39,700 nucleotides of DNA from Burkholderiales bacterium (GCA_035512195.1 DATKEK010000139.1:1-39700); one strand, 5' to 3'. Shown: positions 12,693 to 25,822, numbered from the stretch's first letter. The notes: generated from the sequence alone by a model not told the origin. Numbers and translations: made by a program.

Positions 12693-13346
12693 CTATTGCA
12701 GTGAGATCTGCAGCAGACTGCTCAACTCACGCAATGCCGCCTGCGGCTCGGCGACCTTGATCGTGTGCATGCCCATCGCCTGCGCGGGTTTCAGGTTGAT
12801 GCCGAGATCGTCCAGGAACACCGCCTGCGGTGGCTCGACTTCGAGATGTGCGCAGGCGAGCTCGAAAAACCGCGGTTCCGGTTTGCGGACGCCGACTTTC
12901 GATGACTCGATCACCTGGTCGAACAGCGACAGCGCACTGTGCCAGTCACGCTCGAGTTCGGGTCTGCGTTCCAGCCCGCGGCGGCCGCCGGGCTGCATGT
13001 TGTTGGTCAGGCAGGCGGTGATGAAGTGGCGTTTGCACCTGCGGATCGCGTCCAGCATCATCGGCCGCACCGGGCCGAATACCAGATCCACCACATCGAG
13101 CCCGCGGACCTCGTGCCCGAGCGCGCGGGATTCTTCCGCAAAGGCCTGGTCAAAGCCTTCCGCAGTGAGCTCCCCGCGCTCCAGGCGCGCCCAGGCATTG
13201 CCGTCCGGATTGCGGGAGTTCACCGAGCGCAGAAAACCATCGGGCAGATGGTGCGCCCGCTCGAACGCGCGGAAGGCGACAAACGGGCTCTCCGTCACCA
13301 CGCCGCCGAAATCCCACAGTACCGCGCGGATTGCCGGATTGGGCAT
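12693..13346 (-). CDS. HAD-superfamily hydrolase
   Basis: 217 aa. N-terminal nucleophile motif AVLWDFGGVV. Later LTNN and FLDDLGINL motifs typical of HAD-IA. Confidence 0.8.
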   Translation of the reverse strand: MPNPAIRAVLWDFGGVVTESPFVAFRAFERAHHLPDGFLRSVNSRNPDGNAWARLERGELTAEGFDQAFAEESRALGHEVRGLDVVDLVFGPVRPMMLDAIRRCKRHFITACLTNNMQPGGRRGLERRPELERDWHSALSLFDQVIESSKVGVRKPEPRFFELACAHLEVEPPQAVFLDDLGINLKPAQAMGMHTIKVAEPQAALRELSSLLQISLQ

Positions 13347-13351
13347 CGTGG

Positions 13352-13822
13352 CTATTGGTTCTTCTGGTATTCGTCGATCGCGCGCCGGAGTTCGCGCAGC
13401 TCTTCACAGGGAATCGGCGAGCACAGCCGCTGCAATTCGGCGAGATGCTTTTGCGCCATCGTCAGATCGCCAGCCATCAGGTACGCCTCGCCGATGTATT
13501 CGTGTGCGTGCCGGTGCCTCGGGTTCAGCTTGAGCGCCTGACTGTAGTGCTCGAAGGCCTTGTCCAGCCTGCCAGACTTGCGGTTCGCATAGCCGAGCAG
13601 GTTGTGAATGTCGGCGTTCTCCGGCTCGGCCGCTGCCGCCTTGCCCAGCAGGTCGATTGCCGTACCCCAGTCCTGCACCTCGAGCGCCTTCGAGCCTTGC
13701 CGGAAGTTCGGATCGTCGCTGTCCGACGCATCCGTTGCACCGAGGTTGGCGGCGGCGAACGGCGCCGCCGCGAGCAATGTTGCCACCGCCAGCGCACCGA
13801 ACATGGTCTTCAGATTTGTCAT
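13352..13822 (-). CDS. exported tetratricopeptide-repeat protein
   Basis: AAGGAG precedes ATG-GTG-ATG; start taken at 13822. Signal peptide MTNLKTMFGALAVATLLAAAPFAAA. TPR-like AxxxYxxALxLNP repeats. Confidence 0.75.
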   Translation of the reverse strand: MTNLKTMFGALAVATLLAAAPFAAANLGATDASDSDDPNFRQGSKALEVQDWGTAIDLLGKAAAAEPENADIHNLLGYANRKSGRLDKAFEHYSQALKLNPRHRHAHEYIGEAYLMAGDLTMAQKHLAELQRLCSPIPCEELRELRRAIDEYQKNQ

Positions 13823-14064
13823 CACCATCTCCTTCAGGGGATCTTTTCGAATCCCGTGTAGATGCCTTTTATAACGCATCTGCTGCAGATTTGGATACCA
13901 CGCGCGCACCCCGCGTTCCCTTCGCTCGAGGGTGACGCCTTTCGCCGAAAACCGCGGCTTGTGGCTACGGCCCGTGGCTGTCACGCACTTACCGCAAGCT
14001 GGCGCGAGCGTTAGCCTGCAGCGCAGGCCTGTGGCCCCGTAAACGTCTGTCGGACTGCGGGCAG

Positions 14065-15894
<1,830 letters not shown>

Positions 15895-16042
15895 GGAAGA
15901 GTTCAGGGACGAAGGTTGAGGGTGGAAGGATGCAGGCTGACGACGGCCGCAACCCGCTGCGCGGGTAAACCGCTTACGCGGGATGCAAACCGCGGCGATG
16001 GACAAGCCGCCGGTGCCGACCCGCGGTCGGCGAATTCATCTT

Positions 16043-17404
16043 TCATCCTTGTTTCTTGGTCGGCCGCTTCCATCCGGTGACGGTGACCTGCTTCGCGCGG
16101 GAAAACGTCAGCTCGCCGGGCGGCGTGTCCCTGGTAATGGTGCTGCCGGCGCCGATGGTCGTGCCGCGTCCGATAGTGACCGGCGCCACCAGCTGGCTGT
16201 CGGAGCCGACGAACACGTCGTCCTCGATCACCGTGCGGTGCTTGTTGGCGCCATCGTAGTTGCAGGTGATGGTGCCGGCGCCGATATTTACGTTGCGGCC
16301 CACGCTGGTGTCGCCCACGTAGGACAGATGATTGATCTTCGAGCCGTCCGCCACGCTCGAGGCCTTGATCTCGACGAAGTTGCCGGCATGCACCCGCGCG
16401 GCAAGCTGCGTGCCCGGACGCAATCTCGAGTACGGCCCGACGCGGCAGTCCGCGCCTGTCGCCGACTGGTCGAGATGCGAGAACGGCAGAATCTCGCTGC
16501 CTGCGCCAATTTCCGATTCGCGAATCACGCAGTTTGCGCCGATACGCACGCGGTCGCCGAGCGCCACCCGGCCTTCGAATACGCAGTTGATATCGATCGC
16601 CACATCGCGGCCGCAGACGAGTTCCCCGCGTACGTCGATGCGGGCGGGATCGGCAAGACTGACGCCCTGGCGCATCAATGCCTGCGCGCGTTCCCATTGA
16701 TAGATGCGTTCGACTCGCGCCAGCTGATCCTTGCTGTTGACTCCGAGCACTTCCCAGGCGGTATCCGGCGCGGCGGTATCGATTGCAATTTTCTCCGCTG
16801 CTGCCATGCCGACGATGTCGGTGAGGTAGTACTCGCGCTGGGCGTTGCGGTTGTGCATTGCGCGCAGCCAGCGCTTCAGGTCCGCGGCCCGCGTGCAGAG
16901 CATGCCGGTGTTGATCTCGCGGATTGCCTTCTCGCGCGCGGTCGCGTCCTTTTCTTCCACGATCCGCTGCACCTCGCCGTTTCGCGCACGCACGATGCGA
17001 CCGTAGCCTGCAGGGTCGCCCAGTTCGGTGGTGAGCAGGCAAAGCCGTACCTTCGGACGGCAGAGCCGGCGCAGGGTTTCGGCGCTGACCAGCGGCACGT
17101 CGCCGTACAGGATCAGCGTGTTCTCAGCCTCAAGCACCGGCAGTGCCTGCTGTACCGCGTGCCCGGTACCGAGTTGCGGCGCCTGGAGCACGAAGTCCAC
17201 ACCAGGCGCGGCGCAACGCTCGCGCACCTGCTCACCACCGTGGCCGTAGACCACGACGATCCTCGCGGGATTCAGGTCACGCGCGGTGGCGATCACGTGG
17301 GCCAGCAGCGGCCGGCCGGCCAATGTGTGCAGGACCTTCGGAGTGTCGGAGTGCATCCTCGTGCCTTTTCCGGCGGCAAGGATGACAACGTCGAGATCGG
17401 GCAT
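16043..17404 (-). CDS. glmU: bifunctional GlcNAc-1-P uridyltransferase / GlcN-1-P acetyltransferase
   Basis: 453 aa. N-terminal [12 protein letters not shown]-terminal left-handed beta-helix hexapeptide repeats. Immediately upstream of glmS. Confidence 0.95.
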   Translation of the reverse strand: MPDLDVVILAAGKGTRMHSDTPKVLHTLAGRPLLAHVIATARDLNPARIVVVYGHGGEQVRERCAAPGVDFVLQAPQLGTGHAVQQALPVLEAENTLILYGDVPLVSAETLRRLCRPKVRLCLLTTELGDPAGYGRIVRARNGEVQRIVEEKDATAREKAIREINTGMLCTRAADLKRWLRAMHNRNAQREYYLTDIVGMAAAEKIAIDTAAPDTAWEVLGVNSKDQLARVERIYQWERAQALMRQGVSLADPARIDVRGELVCGRDVAIDINCVFEGRVALGDRVRIGANCVIRESEIGAGSEILPFSHLDQSATGADCRVGPYSRLRPGTQLAARVHAGNFVEIKASSVADGSKINHLSYVGDTSVGRNVNIGAGTITCNYDGANKHRTVIEDDVFVGSDSQLVAPVTIGRGTTIGAGSTITRDTPPGELTFSRAKQVTVTGWKRPTKKQG

Positions 17405-17505
17405 TCCTGGATGAACCGTGGCGCCGCGCAGTCCGCGGCGGATCGCGCGAAATTATCGCATATCGTCCCTCGCACCCTGACAATCTGCGTGCGATGCGCG
17501 CAGGC

Positions 17506-18942
17506 TCAGCGCCCGCGCCGGCAGCAGTCATGCGCAACACCCTCGTATACCCATTCCATCAGCGCGTCATGCGCGGCCCCGGCGTGACGCGCCCACGGAT
17601 GATTGATGAAGAACACCAGGATCATCTGCCGGCCTTGCACATCCCTGAGGTAGCCGGCCATGGCGCGCACGCCTTTCAGGTAGCCGGTCTTGACGTAGGC
17701 CTGCCCGGCCACCGGGGAAGCGGCGAGCCGCCTGCGCATGGTGCCGTCCACCGCCGCCATCGGCAGCGAAGATACCAGCACCGGCATCAGCGGACTGTGC
17801 CACGCCGCGAGCAACAGCTCGCCGGTGTCGCGCGCGCTGATCCTAGCGGTGCGTGACAGGCCGGAGCCGTTATCGATCTGCAGCGACTGCATACCCAGCC
17901 CGCGACCGGCCAGCCATTCGCGCAGCGCACGCGCGGATTTTTCGAGCGTGAGCGGCGGGCCTTCCGCAACGCCGAGCGCGAGATACAGTTGGCGTGCCAT
18001 GACATTGCTGCTGTGCTTGTTGATATCGCGGATCAGATCGGTGACCGGCGCCGACTCCCTCACGGCAAACGGCGCCGCGCCATCGGACGCGTGCCCGTCC
18101 AGCACGTCGCCGGCGAAGCTGCCGCCGAGTTCCTGCCAGAGCTGGCGGAACACCGTGCCGAAGTACTCGTTCGCGCTGAGCAGCCTGAAGTGGCGCAGTT
18201 TCTCGCCGCAGTCCGCCGGGAACACCCCCTCGAAGATCAGCGTGTTGTCCTGATGCGCGGGCGTGTCCGGCCAGTGGTCGCAATTGCGTAAACCGAGCTC
18301 GAGGCGGTTCACGATCCCGATCTGCGGTAGCGGCGGTTCGGAGTAGATGCGCACCGAGCGCGCATGCGCGTCCGGGACGAAATGCAGCCTGAACGAATTG
18401 AAATTCAGCAGCAGCGCGTCCGGACCGGCGTTATAGGGCCGCAGCGGTTCGTTGTCGAACAGTGCCGGGTCGTGTGCGTCCACCGCGAAATGCGTGCGGT
18501 CGAGCAGCAGGTTGCCACCGATGTCGCGCAGTCCGCGATGCCGCAGGTCGCGCAGGAACAACCACAGCGCCTCCAGCGTCAGTCCCGGATCGCCATGGCC
18601 CTTGATGATCAGGTCGCCGTGCAGATGTCCGACCGCCAGTGCGCCGTCGAGATACGCCTCGGTTCGCAGCCGGTACGCGGGTCCGAGCAGTTCCAGCGCG
18701 GCGAAGGTGGTGAGCAGCTTCATGACCGAGGCTGGATTCATGCCGTGGTCTGCGCCGATCGCGAGCACGGGCGTGCCGGTCGACGCATCCAGGACATAGA
18801 TGCCTACCGCGTCCTGCGGCACCCCGGCCTGTTCCAGAGCGGTTGCCACGGATTCCGGCAGGCGCTCGAGCGGTCCGGCAAAGGCGGGCGCTGCCAGCAG
18901 GCATAACGCGGCCAGACGCATCAACGCGGGCTGCGCGATCAT
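17506..18942 (-). CDS. dacB: D-alanyl-D-alanine carboxypeptidase/endopeptidase (PBP4 family)
   Basis: Signal peptide. SxxK (ASVMKL), SxN (HSSNVMA), KTG (VKTGYLKG). The ATG overlaps the stop of the upstream gene (ATGA). Confidence 0.88.
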   Translation of the reverse strand: MIAQPALMRLAALCLLAAPAFAGPLERLPESVATALEQAGVPQDAVGIYVLDASTGTPVLAIGADHGMNPASVMKLLTTFAALELLGPAYRLRTEAYLDGALAVGHLHGDLIIKGHGDPGLTLEALWLFLRDLRHRGLRDIGGNLLLDRTHFAVDAHDPALFDNEPLRPYNAGPDALLLNFNSFRLHFVPDAHARSVRIYSEPPLPQIGIVNRLELGLRNCDHWPDTPAHQDNTLIFEGVFPADCGEKLRHFRLLSANEYFGTVFRQLWQELGGSFAGDVLDGHASDGAAPFAVRESAPVTDLIRDINKHSSNVMARQLYLALGVAEGPPLTLEKSARALREWLAGRGLGMQSLQIDNGSGLSRTARISARDTGELLLAAWHSPLMPVLVSSLPMAAVDGTMRRRLAASPVAGQAYVKTGYLKGVRAMAGYLRDVQGRQMILVFFINHPWARHAGAAHDALMEWVYEGVAHDCCRRGR

Positions 18943-20264
18943 AGGTCGACCGTGGTTCGCGGCGACGGCGCCTCCGCGCGCCAGCCGAGTTCACCACGCA
19001 CTGCCTGCGCGAAGTCGCGCGCCGTCGAGGCTTCGCCGTGCACCACGAATGTCTGCCGGGGCGGTCTGCGGAACGCGCGCAGCCAGTCGAGCAGGGCGCC
19101 GCGGTCGGCATGCGCGGACAGTCCGCCGATGGTGTGGATTGCGGCACGTACCGCAATCTCCTCGCCGAAGATCCTGACCGTTTTCTCGATGGCGCTCTGC
19201 GGGCGCGGCAGATTGCTGCGCAGATGGTGCCGGATGCGGCCCGCGTCGCACATGCCGCTGGCGGAGATGATCAGTGCGCCGCCCCTGATGTTCGACAGCG
19301 CCTGCGACTGCGCGAACTCCTGCACGAAATTGATGCGCGGCTTGCCCCCGCCGCCACGCAGCCAGCGCATGGCCTCCGCCGCATCCTCGTCCACCAGATC
19401 CATGTGCTTGAGTGTGACCTCGGTGGCAGCGAGCGCCATCGGCGAGTCGACATAGATGTCGATCTCCGGCAGCCGGCCCTCGCGGTGCAGTTTGATGATC
19501 AGGTAAATGATCTCCTGGGTACGGCCGACCGCGAACGCCGGCACGATCACATTGCCGCCCTTTTCCTCGATGGTCTCGCGCACCGCATGGACGAACTCGT
19601 CCAGCGTCCGCTCCATGTTCTTGTGCAAGCGGTTGCCGTAGGTCGATTCGACCACCAGGGTCTCGGCAGCCTCGATATGGTCGGGATCCTCGACGATCGG
19701 ATGGCCGGGCTGGCCGATGTCGCCGGAGAAAACCAGGTTGCGGGTCTGGCCGCCGTCCCGCACCCAGGTCTCGATGATGGCCGATCCGAGAATATGCCCG
19801 GCATCCCGGAACCTGCAGCGCACCGAGGGATGCGGTTGAAACGCCTCGCCGTACGCGACCGGTCGCACCTGCCGGCAGGTCATCTGCGCCTGCTTTACGG
19901 TATACAGCGGCTGTCGCCGGCTGCGGCGGTTGCGTTTACGGTCGGATTCGCGTTGCTGAATGAACGCGGCGTCAGCGAGCATGACCTCAAGCAGGTCGCC
20001 GGTAGCAGCGGTGGCGTAGATCGGTCCCTTGTAGCCGAACGCGACCAGCCTTCGCAGCAGTCCCGAATGATCCAGATGCGCATGCGTCAGCAGCACGAAA
20101 TCGATCCCCTCGATCTCGAAATCCAGCGAATTGCGGTTCTTGGCTTCCGCTTCCCTGCCGCCCTGGAACAGCCCGCAGTCGACCAGGAAGCGCGTATTGC
20201 CAGTCTCCACCAGAAAGCAGGAGCCGGTGACTTCCTCCGCTGCGCCGTAGAACGTCAAACGCAT
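18939..20264 (-). CDS. MBL-fold / beta-CASP metallo-hydrolase (RNA-metabolising family)
   Basis: Real start MRLTFYGAAEEVTGSC at 20264. HAHLDHSG motif, beta-CASP region, GGLSAHAD motif C. The listed 656-aa ORF has a 215-aa artefactual extension overlapping bioA. Confidence 0.85.
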   Translation of the reverse strand: MRLTFYGAAEEVTGSCFLVETGNTRFLVDCGLFQGGREAEAKNRNSLDFEIEGIDFVLLTHAHLDHSGLLRRLVAFGYKGPIYATAATGDLLEVMLADAAFIQQRESDRKRNRRSRRQPLYTVKQAQMTCRQVRPVAYGEAFQPHPSVRCRFRDAGHILGSAIIETWVRDGGQTRNLVFSGDIGQPGHPIVEDPDHIEAAETLVVESTYGNRLHKNMERTLDEFVHAVRETIEEKGGNVIVPAFAVGRTQEIIYLIIKLHREGRLPEIDIYVDSPMALAATEVTLKHMDLVDEDAAEAMRWLRGGGGKPRINFVQEFAQSQALSNIRGGALIISASGMCDAGRIRHHLRSNLPRPQSAIEKTVRIFGEEIAVRAAIHTIGGLSAHADRGALLDWLRAFRRPPRQTFVVHGEASTARDFAQAVRGELGWRAEAPSPRTTVDL

Positions 20265-21580
20265 TGCGCGAGCGCGGTATCCAGCGCGGTGATAGTGCCC
20301 TCGGCGAGCAACTGCATTTCTTCCAGTCCGATGATGTACGGCGGCATGAAATAAACCGTGCGGCCGAGCGGGCGCAGCAGCAGGCCTTTTTGCAGCGCCG
20401 CCTGGTAGAAATGCCCGCCAAACCCTGGGTCTTCGGTGTCGATGTCGAACGCCCAGATCATCCCGGTGTTGCGGAAATGCCGCACCTTCGGGTGGGCTGC
20501 AATTGGCTTGCACAGTTCGCTCAGCACCGCGGCCTTGCGGCGGTTCGATGCCAGCACGTCGTCCTCTTCGAAGATGTCGAGTACCGCCAGCGCCGCGCGG
20601 CAGGCGAGCGGGTTGCCGGTATAGGAATGCGAGTGCAGGAATCCGCGCGTCAACCGATCGTCGTAGAACGCGCCGTAGACCGTGTCGCTGGTGAGCACCG
20701 CCGACAACGGCAGAAAGCCGCCGGTAATGCCCTTCGACAGGCAGAGAAAATCCGGCCGGATGGCCGCCTGTTCGCAGGCGAAGAAACTCCCGCTGCGGCC
20801 GAACCCGACCGCAATTTCGTCCGCGATCAGGTGTACCGAATAGCGGTCGCAGGCGGCGCGCGCACGGCGCAGGTATTCCGGGTGGTACATCTGCATGCCG
20901 CTCGCGCACTGGATCAGCGGCTCGACGATCAGCGCGGCGATGCGCTCATGGTTAGCCGCGAGATGGTCCTCCAGCACCGCGGCTGCGCGGATTGCCGCCT
21001 GTTCGTGCGTTTCGCCGGGTACGGCATTGCGCCAGTCGGCGGATGGCACACGCGCCACGTTGTTCAGCAGCGGCGCATAAACGTCGCGGAACAGCGCGAC
21101 GTCCGACACCGACAACGCGCCGAGGGTTTCACCGTGATAGCTGCCCGCCAAACAGACGAAGCCGTTCTTCTGCGCCCGTCCGCTGTTGCGCCAGTAGTGA
21201 AAGCTCATCTTCAGCGCGATCTCGACCGCGGACGAACCGTCCGAGGCGAAGAAGCAATGGCCGAGTCCGGGTGCGTGCCGGCTGAGCTGCTCGGCGAGCT
21301 CGACCGCGGGAGCATGGGTGAACCCTGCAAGTATGACGTGCTCCAGCTCGACAAGCTGGTCCGAGATTGCAGCGGCGATTCGCGGATTGGCGTGGCCGAA
21401 CAGGTTCACCCACCAGGAGCTGATCGCATCCAGATAGCGATTGCCGTCGAAGTCATGCAGCCATGCACCGCTGCCGCTCGCGATCGGGATCAGCGGCAGC
21501 GTCTCGTGCACCTTCATCTGGGTGCAGGGATGCCAGACGCTGCGCAGGCTACGGTCGAGGAGATTGCGGTTCTGCGACAA
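20255..21580 (-). CDS. bioA: adenosylmethionine-8-amino-7-oxononanoate aminotransferase
   Basis: 441 aa. N-terminus LLDRSLRSVWHPCTQMK..., SSWWVNLFGHANP, and PLP-lysine region (LCLSKGITGG) typical of BioA. Confidence 0.9.
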   Translation of the reverse strand: MSQNRNLLDRSLRSVWHPCTQMKVHETLPLIPIASGSGAWLHDFDGNRYLDAISSWWVNLFGHANPRIAAAISDQLVELEHVILAGFTHAPAVELAEQLSRHAPGLGHCFFASDGSSAVEIALKMSFHYWRNSGRAQKNGFVCLAGSYHGETLGALSVSDVALFRDVYAPLLNNVARVPSADWRNAVPGETHEQAAIRAAAVLEDHLAANHERIAALIVEPLIQCASGMQMYHPEYLRRARAACDRYSVHLIADEIAVGFGRSGSFFACEQAAIRPDFLCLSKGITGGFLPLSAVLTSDTVYGAFYDDRLTRGFLHSHSYTGNPLACRAALAVLDIFEEDDVLASNRRKAAVLSELCKPIAAHPKVRHFRNTGMIWAFDIDTEDPGFGGHFYQAALQKGLLLRPLGRTVYFMPPYIIGLEEMQLLAEGTITALDTALAQCV

Positions 21581-21744
21581 GTTTCGGGTCTGGAAAAGAT
21601 TCAGGGGTTAACGAATATCTGGCGCAAGTAAGACATGAAACCGTTCTGCGCTCAAGTTTTCCGCTGCAGTGCGATGTGCTCGCCCGACGATCCTGCTAGC
21701 AGGCAGCCGGCGATGCTGCTGGCGTGTTTCATGCTTTTTTGGGG

Positions 21745-21774
21745 TTGACCGGCGAGAAATCGATTCGCTATATT
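21745..21774 (+). promoter_or_regulatory. sigma70-type promoter for the 21797 ORF
   Basis: TTGACC (21745-21750), 18-nt spacer, TATATT (21769-21774). AGGAG lies 7 nt before the ATG. Confidence 0.5.
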
Positions 21775-21796
21775 TTCCGGCGACAGGAGGACGTGC

Positions 21797-22432
21797 ATGA
21801 ATCTTCTCGATGCCATTTCCGATCAGGTTGCAGCAAACGGCCGCCCGCTGGTGGCAGTTACCGTCGCCGCCGTGCCCTTTCCCGATACGCCAGTCATTCT
21901 CACCTTGCACTGGCACGGCTTCGTCGAGACGAAGATCATCGACATCGAAGAGGCGCAGACGGTTCACTTCAATCCAATCCCGAGTTCCGCCATGCAGCTT
22001 AATCAACGCTGGGATGATTTGGCCTTGCTCGATCGTGCAGCGATGGAGGCCGGCTGGAGTCTGGGCGCATGGGATGTCGCGCGCGCGGAGCGGGTGGCCT
22101 GCGCGCGTCCGGGCGCGAGCTCGCGCGAAGCGCTGGAATGCCTGCAGGCGTTCGGTGCATTTCCCTTCGGCGTGGACGGGCAGCCGGCGGTGGTTGCGAA
22201 CGCGCCGGACACCGACGAGCTGCTGCAGGTTGCCGCACGCCAGGGTTACCTGATGTGGCTGTTCCGGCCGGTGTTCGGCGGCATCTGGGCGGACGTAAGC
22301 GATGACGCCACCCTCAGGCCCGACGGGACCCGCGAACCCCCCTGCCCGCTCGAACCGGTTCCGCCGACGATCGGCAGTCCGCGGCGCACGGTGTACCGCT
22401 TCGGCGTTGCGGGGTCGCGCGCGATCAACTGA
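21797..22432 (+). CDS. hypothetical protein (211 aa, no family recognised)
   Basis: Good promoter and SD. Non-shadow amino-acid composition. No motif I can assign. Confidence 0.55.
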   Translation: MNLLDAISDQVAANGRPLVAVTVAAVPFPDTPVILTLHWHGFVETKIIDIEEAQTVHFNPIPSSAMQLNQRWDDLALLDRAAMEAGWSLGAWDVARAERVACARPGASSREALECLQAFGAFPFGVDGQPAVVANAPDTDELLQVAARQGYLMWLFRPVFGGIWADVSDDATLRPDGTREPPCPLEPVPPTIGSPRRTVYRFGVAGSRAIN

Positions 22433-22536
22433 CTTCCCGGCCGGCGCCCATCCCGGCCGTCACCCAGCTTCAGCCAGTCAACTTCTCGCAGGGACCGCCG
22501 CGAGCCACGGCGGCCGGCGTTTTTGCGCGCTTGCGG

Positions 22537-22565
22537 TTGAATTCGCGCTTCCGCATCCGTATCAT
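22537..22565 (+). promoter_or_regulatory. groESL promoter
   Basis: TTGAAT (22537-22542), 17-nt spacer, TATCAT (22560-22565). The -10 abuts the CIRCE operator. Confidence 0.55.
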
Positions 22566-22591
22566 TGGCACTCGCTTTAACCGAGTGCTAA
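22565..22591 (+). promoter_or_regulatory. CIRCE operator (HrcA binding inverted repeat)
   Basis: TTGGCACTC-N9-GAGTGCTAA versus consensus TTAGCACTC-N9-GAGTGCTAA (1 mismatch). Lies 60 nt upstream of groES. Confidence 0.9.
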
Positions 22592-22650
22592 CACGTTTGG
22601 TTCGCGAACAGATAAACATAAGCTAAATCAGTCAGTTAAGGAGATAATAA

Positions 22651-24646
<1,996 letters not shown>

Positions 24647-24681
24647 GCTGGCCCGATGTCGGCCGTCAGTAAAACGAAAAG

Positions 24682-24706
24682 GCCCCGCGCAAGCGGGGCT
24701 TTTTTT
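24682..24706 (+). terminator. intrinsic terminator of groESL
   Basis: gccccgc-gcaa-gcggggc stem-loop followed by 7 T. Confidence 0.9.
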
Positions 24707-24840
24707 GCTTGCAGATCCTGGGCGTGTACTCCCGGCGCATCTGTAAGCATGCGTCTGCTTCCGTTGCCGGCCCGAAGCACATTGCTGCAATGACGACCCG
24801 AAGCAAAATGACTCGAACATGCCATCGTCGCCAATCCTGA

Positions 24841-25822
24841 CGCAGTCCCTGCTCCGAGGGCTCTCTCTGGCACGTCGCGATTTTCGCCGGCGGCTGGATG
24901 CGGCACCCGGATTACAGCTGGTCGCCGTTTTTCCTTCCCGAGAACGAGGACCCGGTCGCGACACTGCATAAACCGCCGGTCTATCAATCCCGCTTCGTGT
25001 CCTCCAGCGTGGATGATGTCACGCACTCCGCGTCGCTTGCACCGCTACCGGACGGAGGGCTGTTCTCGGTGTGGTTTGCCGGATCCCGAGAGGGCTCGCC
25101 ATCGGTGGAGATCCGCGGCGCGCGCTTTGATCCGCATGCCGGGGAATGAAACGAAGAATTCACCCTGGTGGACCGCCAACGCACGGAAGGCGCTGTACGC
25201 CGGCATATCCGCAAGCTGGGTAATCCGGTAATTGCCATGGCCCCGGACAATCGTCTGTGGCTGTTCTATGTATCGGTTTCGGTCGGCGGCTGGTCGATGA
25301 GCGCAGTGAATGCCATGCACTCCGACGACCTCGGAATCAACTGGTCCGCGCCGAAGCGGCTGGTGACCTCGCCGTTTCTCAATATTCAGTACGCTGGTGC
25401 GTTCCGCTCCGATTTTTCATCGCGACGGATCCATGGGCCTGCCGATTTATCACGAAGCCATCGGCAAGTTCTCCGAGTACCTTTATCTCGATCGCGAGGG
25501 CCGGATCGTCGACAAGCTGCGGATGACCAGGGGACGGGATGCGATCCAGGCCACGATCGTGCCGTTGAGCGAGACCGTCGCGGTGGCGATGCTGCGTCAT
25601 GCAAGTGGGCAGGCGGGGAACGTGCTGTTCAGCCGCACCGGCGATGCCGGCCCCACCTGGAGTCGGCCGTTGCCCGCGCCTCCGAGCAACCAGGATTCCT
25701 CACTTGCTGCGGTGGCGTTGCGCAGCCCCGGAAGCGGCATCCTGATCGCGCTGAACAACCTGACGCTTGGTCGGTTTCGCCTCTCGCTGATGCAGACCGA
25801 TCCGGACCTGCGCGAACCGTAA
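24841..25822 (+). pseudogene. BNR/sialidase-like (predicted neuraminidase family) gene with nonsense, frameshift and 3' truncation
   Basis: Family-like blocks HSASLAPLPDGGLFSVWFAGSREG, RKLGNPVIAM, RLWLFYVSVSVGGW, SPFLNI, LPIYHEAIGKF. In-frame TGA at 25147-25149. Frame change near 25389-25392 (NIQ|TLVRSAP). No credible start. Ends abruptly at 25822. Confidence 0.7.

Noticed and set aside
15895-16042. Possible glmS ribozyme or other riboswitch in the glmU-glmS spacer
   Set aside because: I see only simple GC hairpins (gccgacc-gcg-ggtcggc, acccgc-gca-gcgggt). The glmS ribozyme is a Gram-positive feature, and its core is not recognisable here.
18939-20909. 656-aa version of the beta-CASP ORF
   Set aside because: The N-terminal 215 aa overlap bioA in another frame and have shadow-ORF composition. 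The family N-terminus MRLTFYGAAEEVTGSC starts at 20264.
25147-25149. In-frame TGA as selenocysteine or programmed read-through in the sialidase-like gene
   Set aside because: There is no SECIS-like hairpin downstream, and the family is not known to contain Sec. The same gene also carries a frameshift and a truncation, so decay is the simpler reading.
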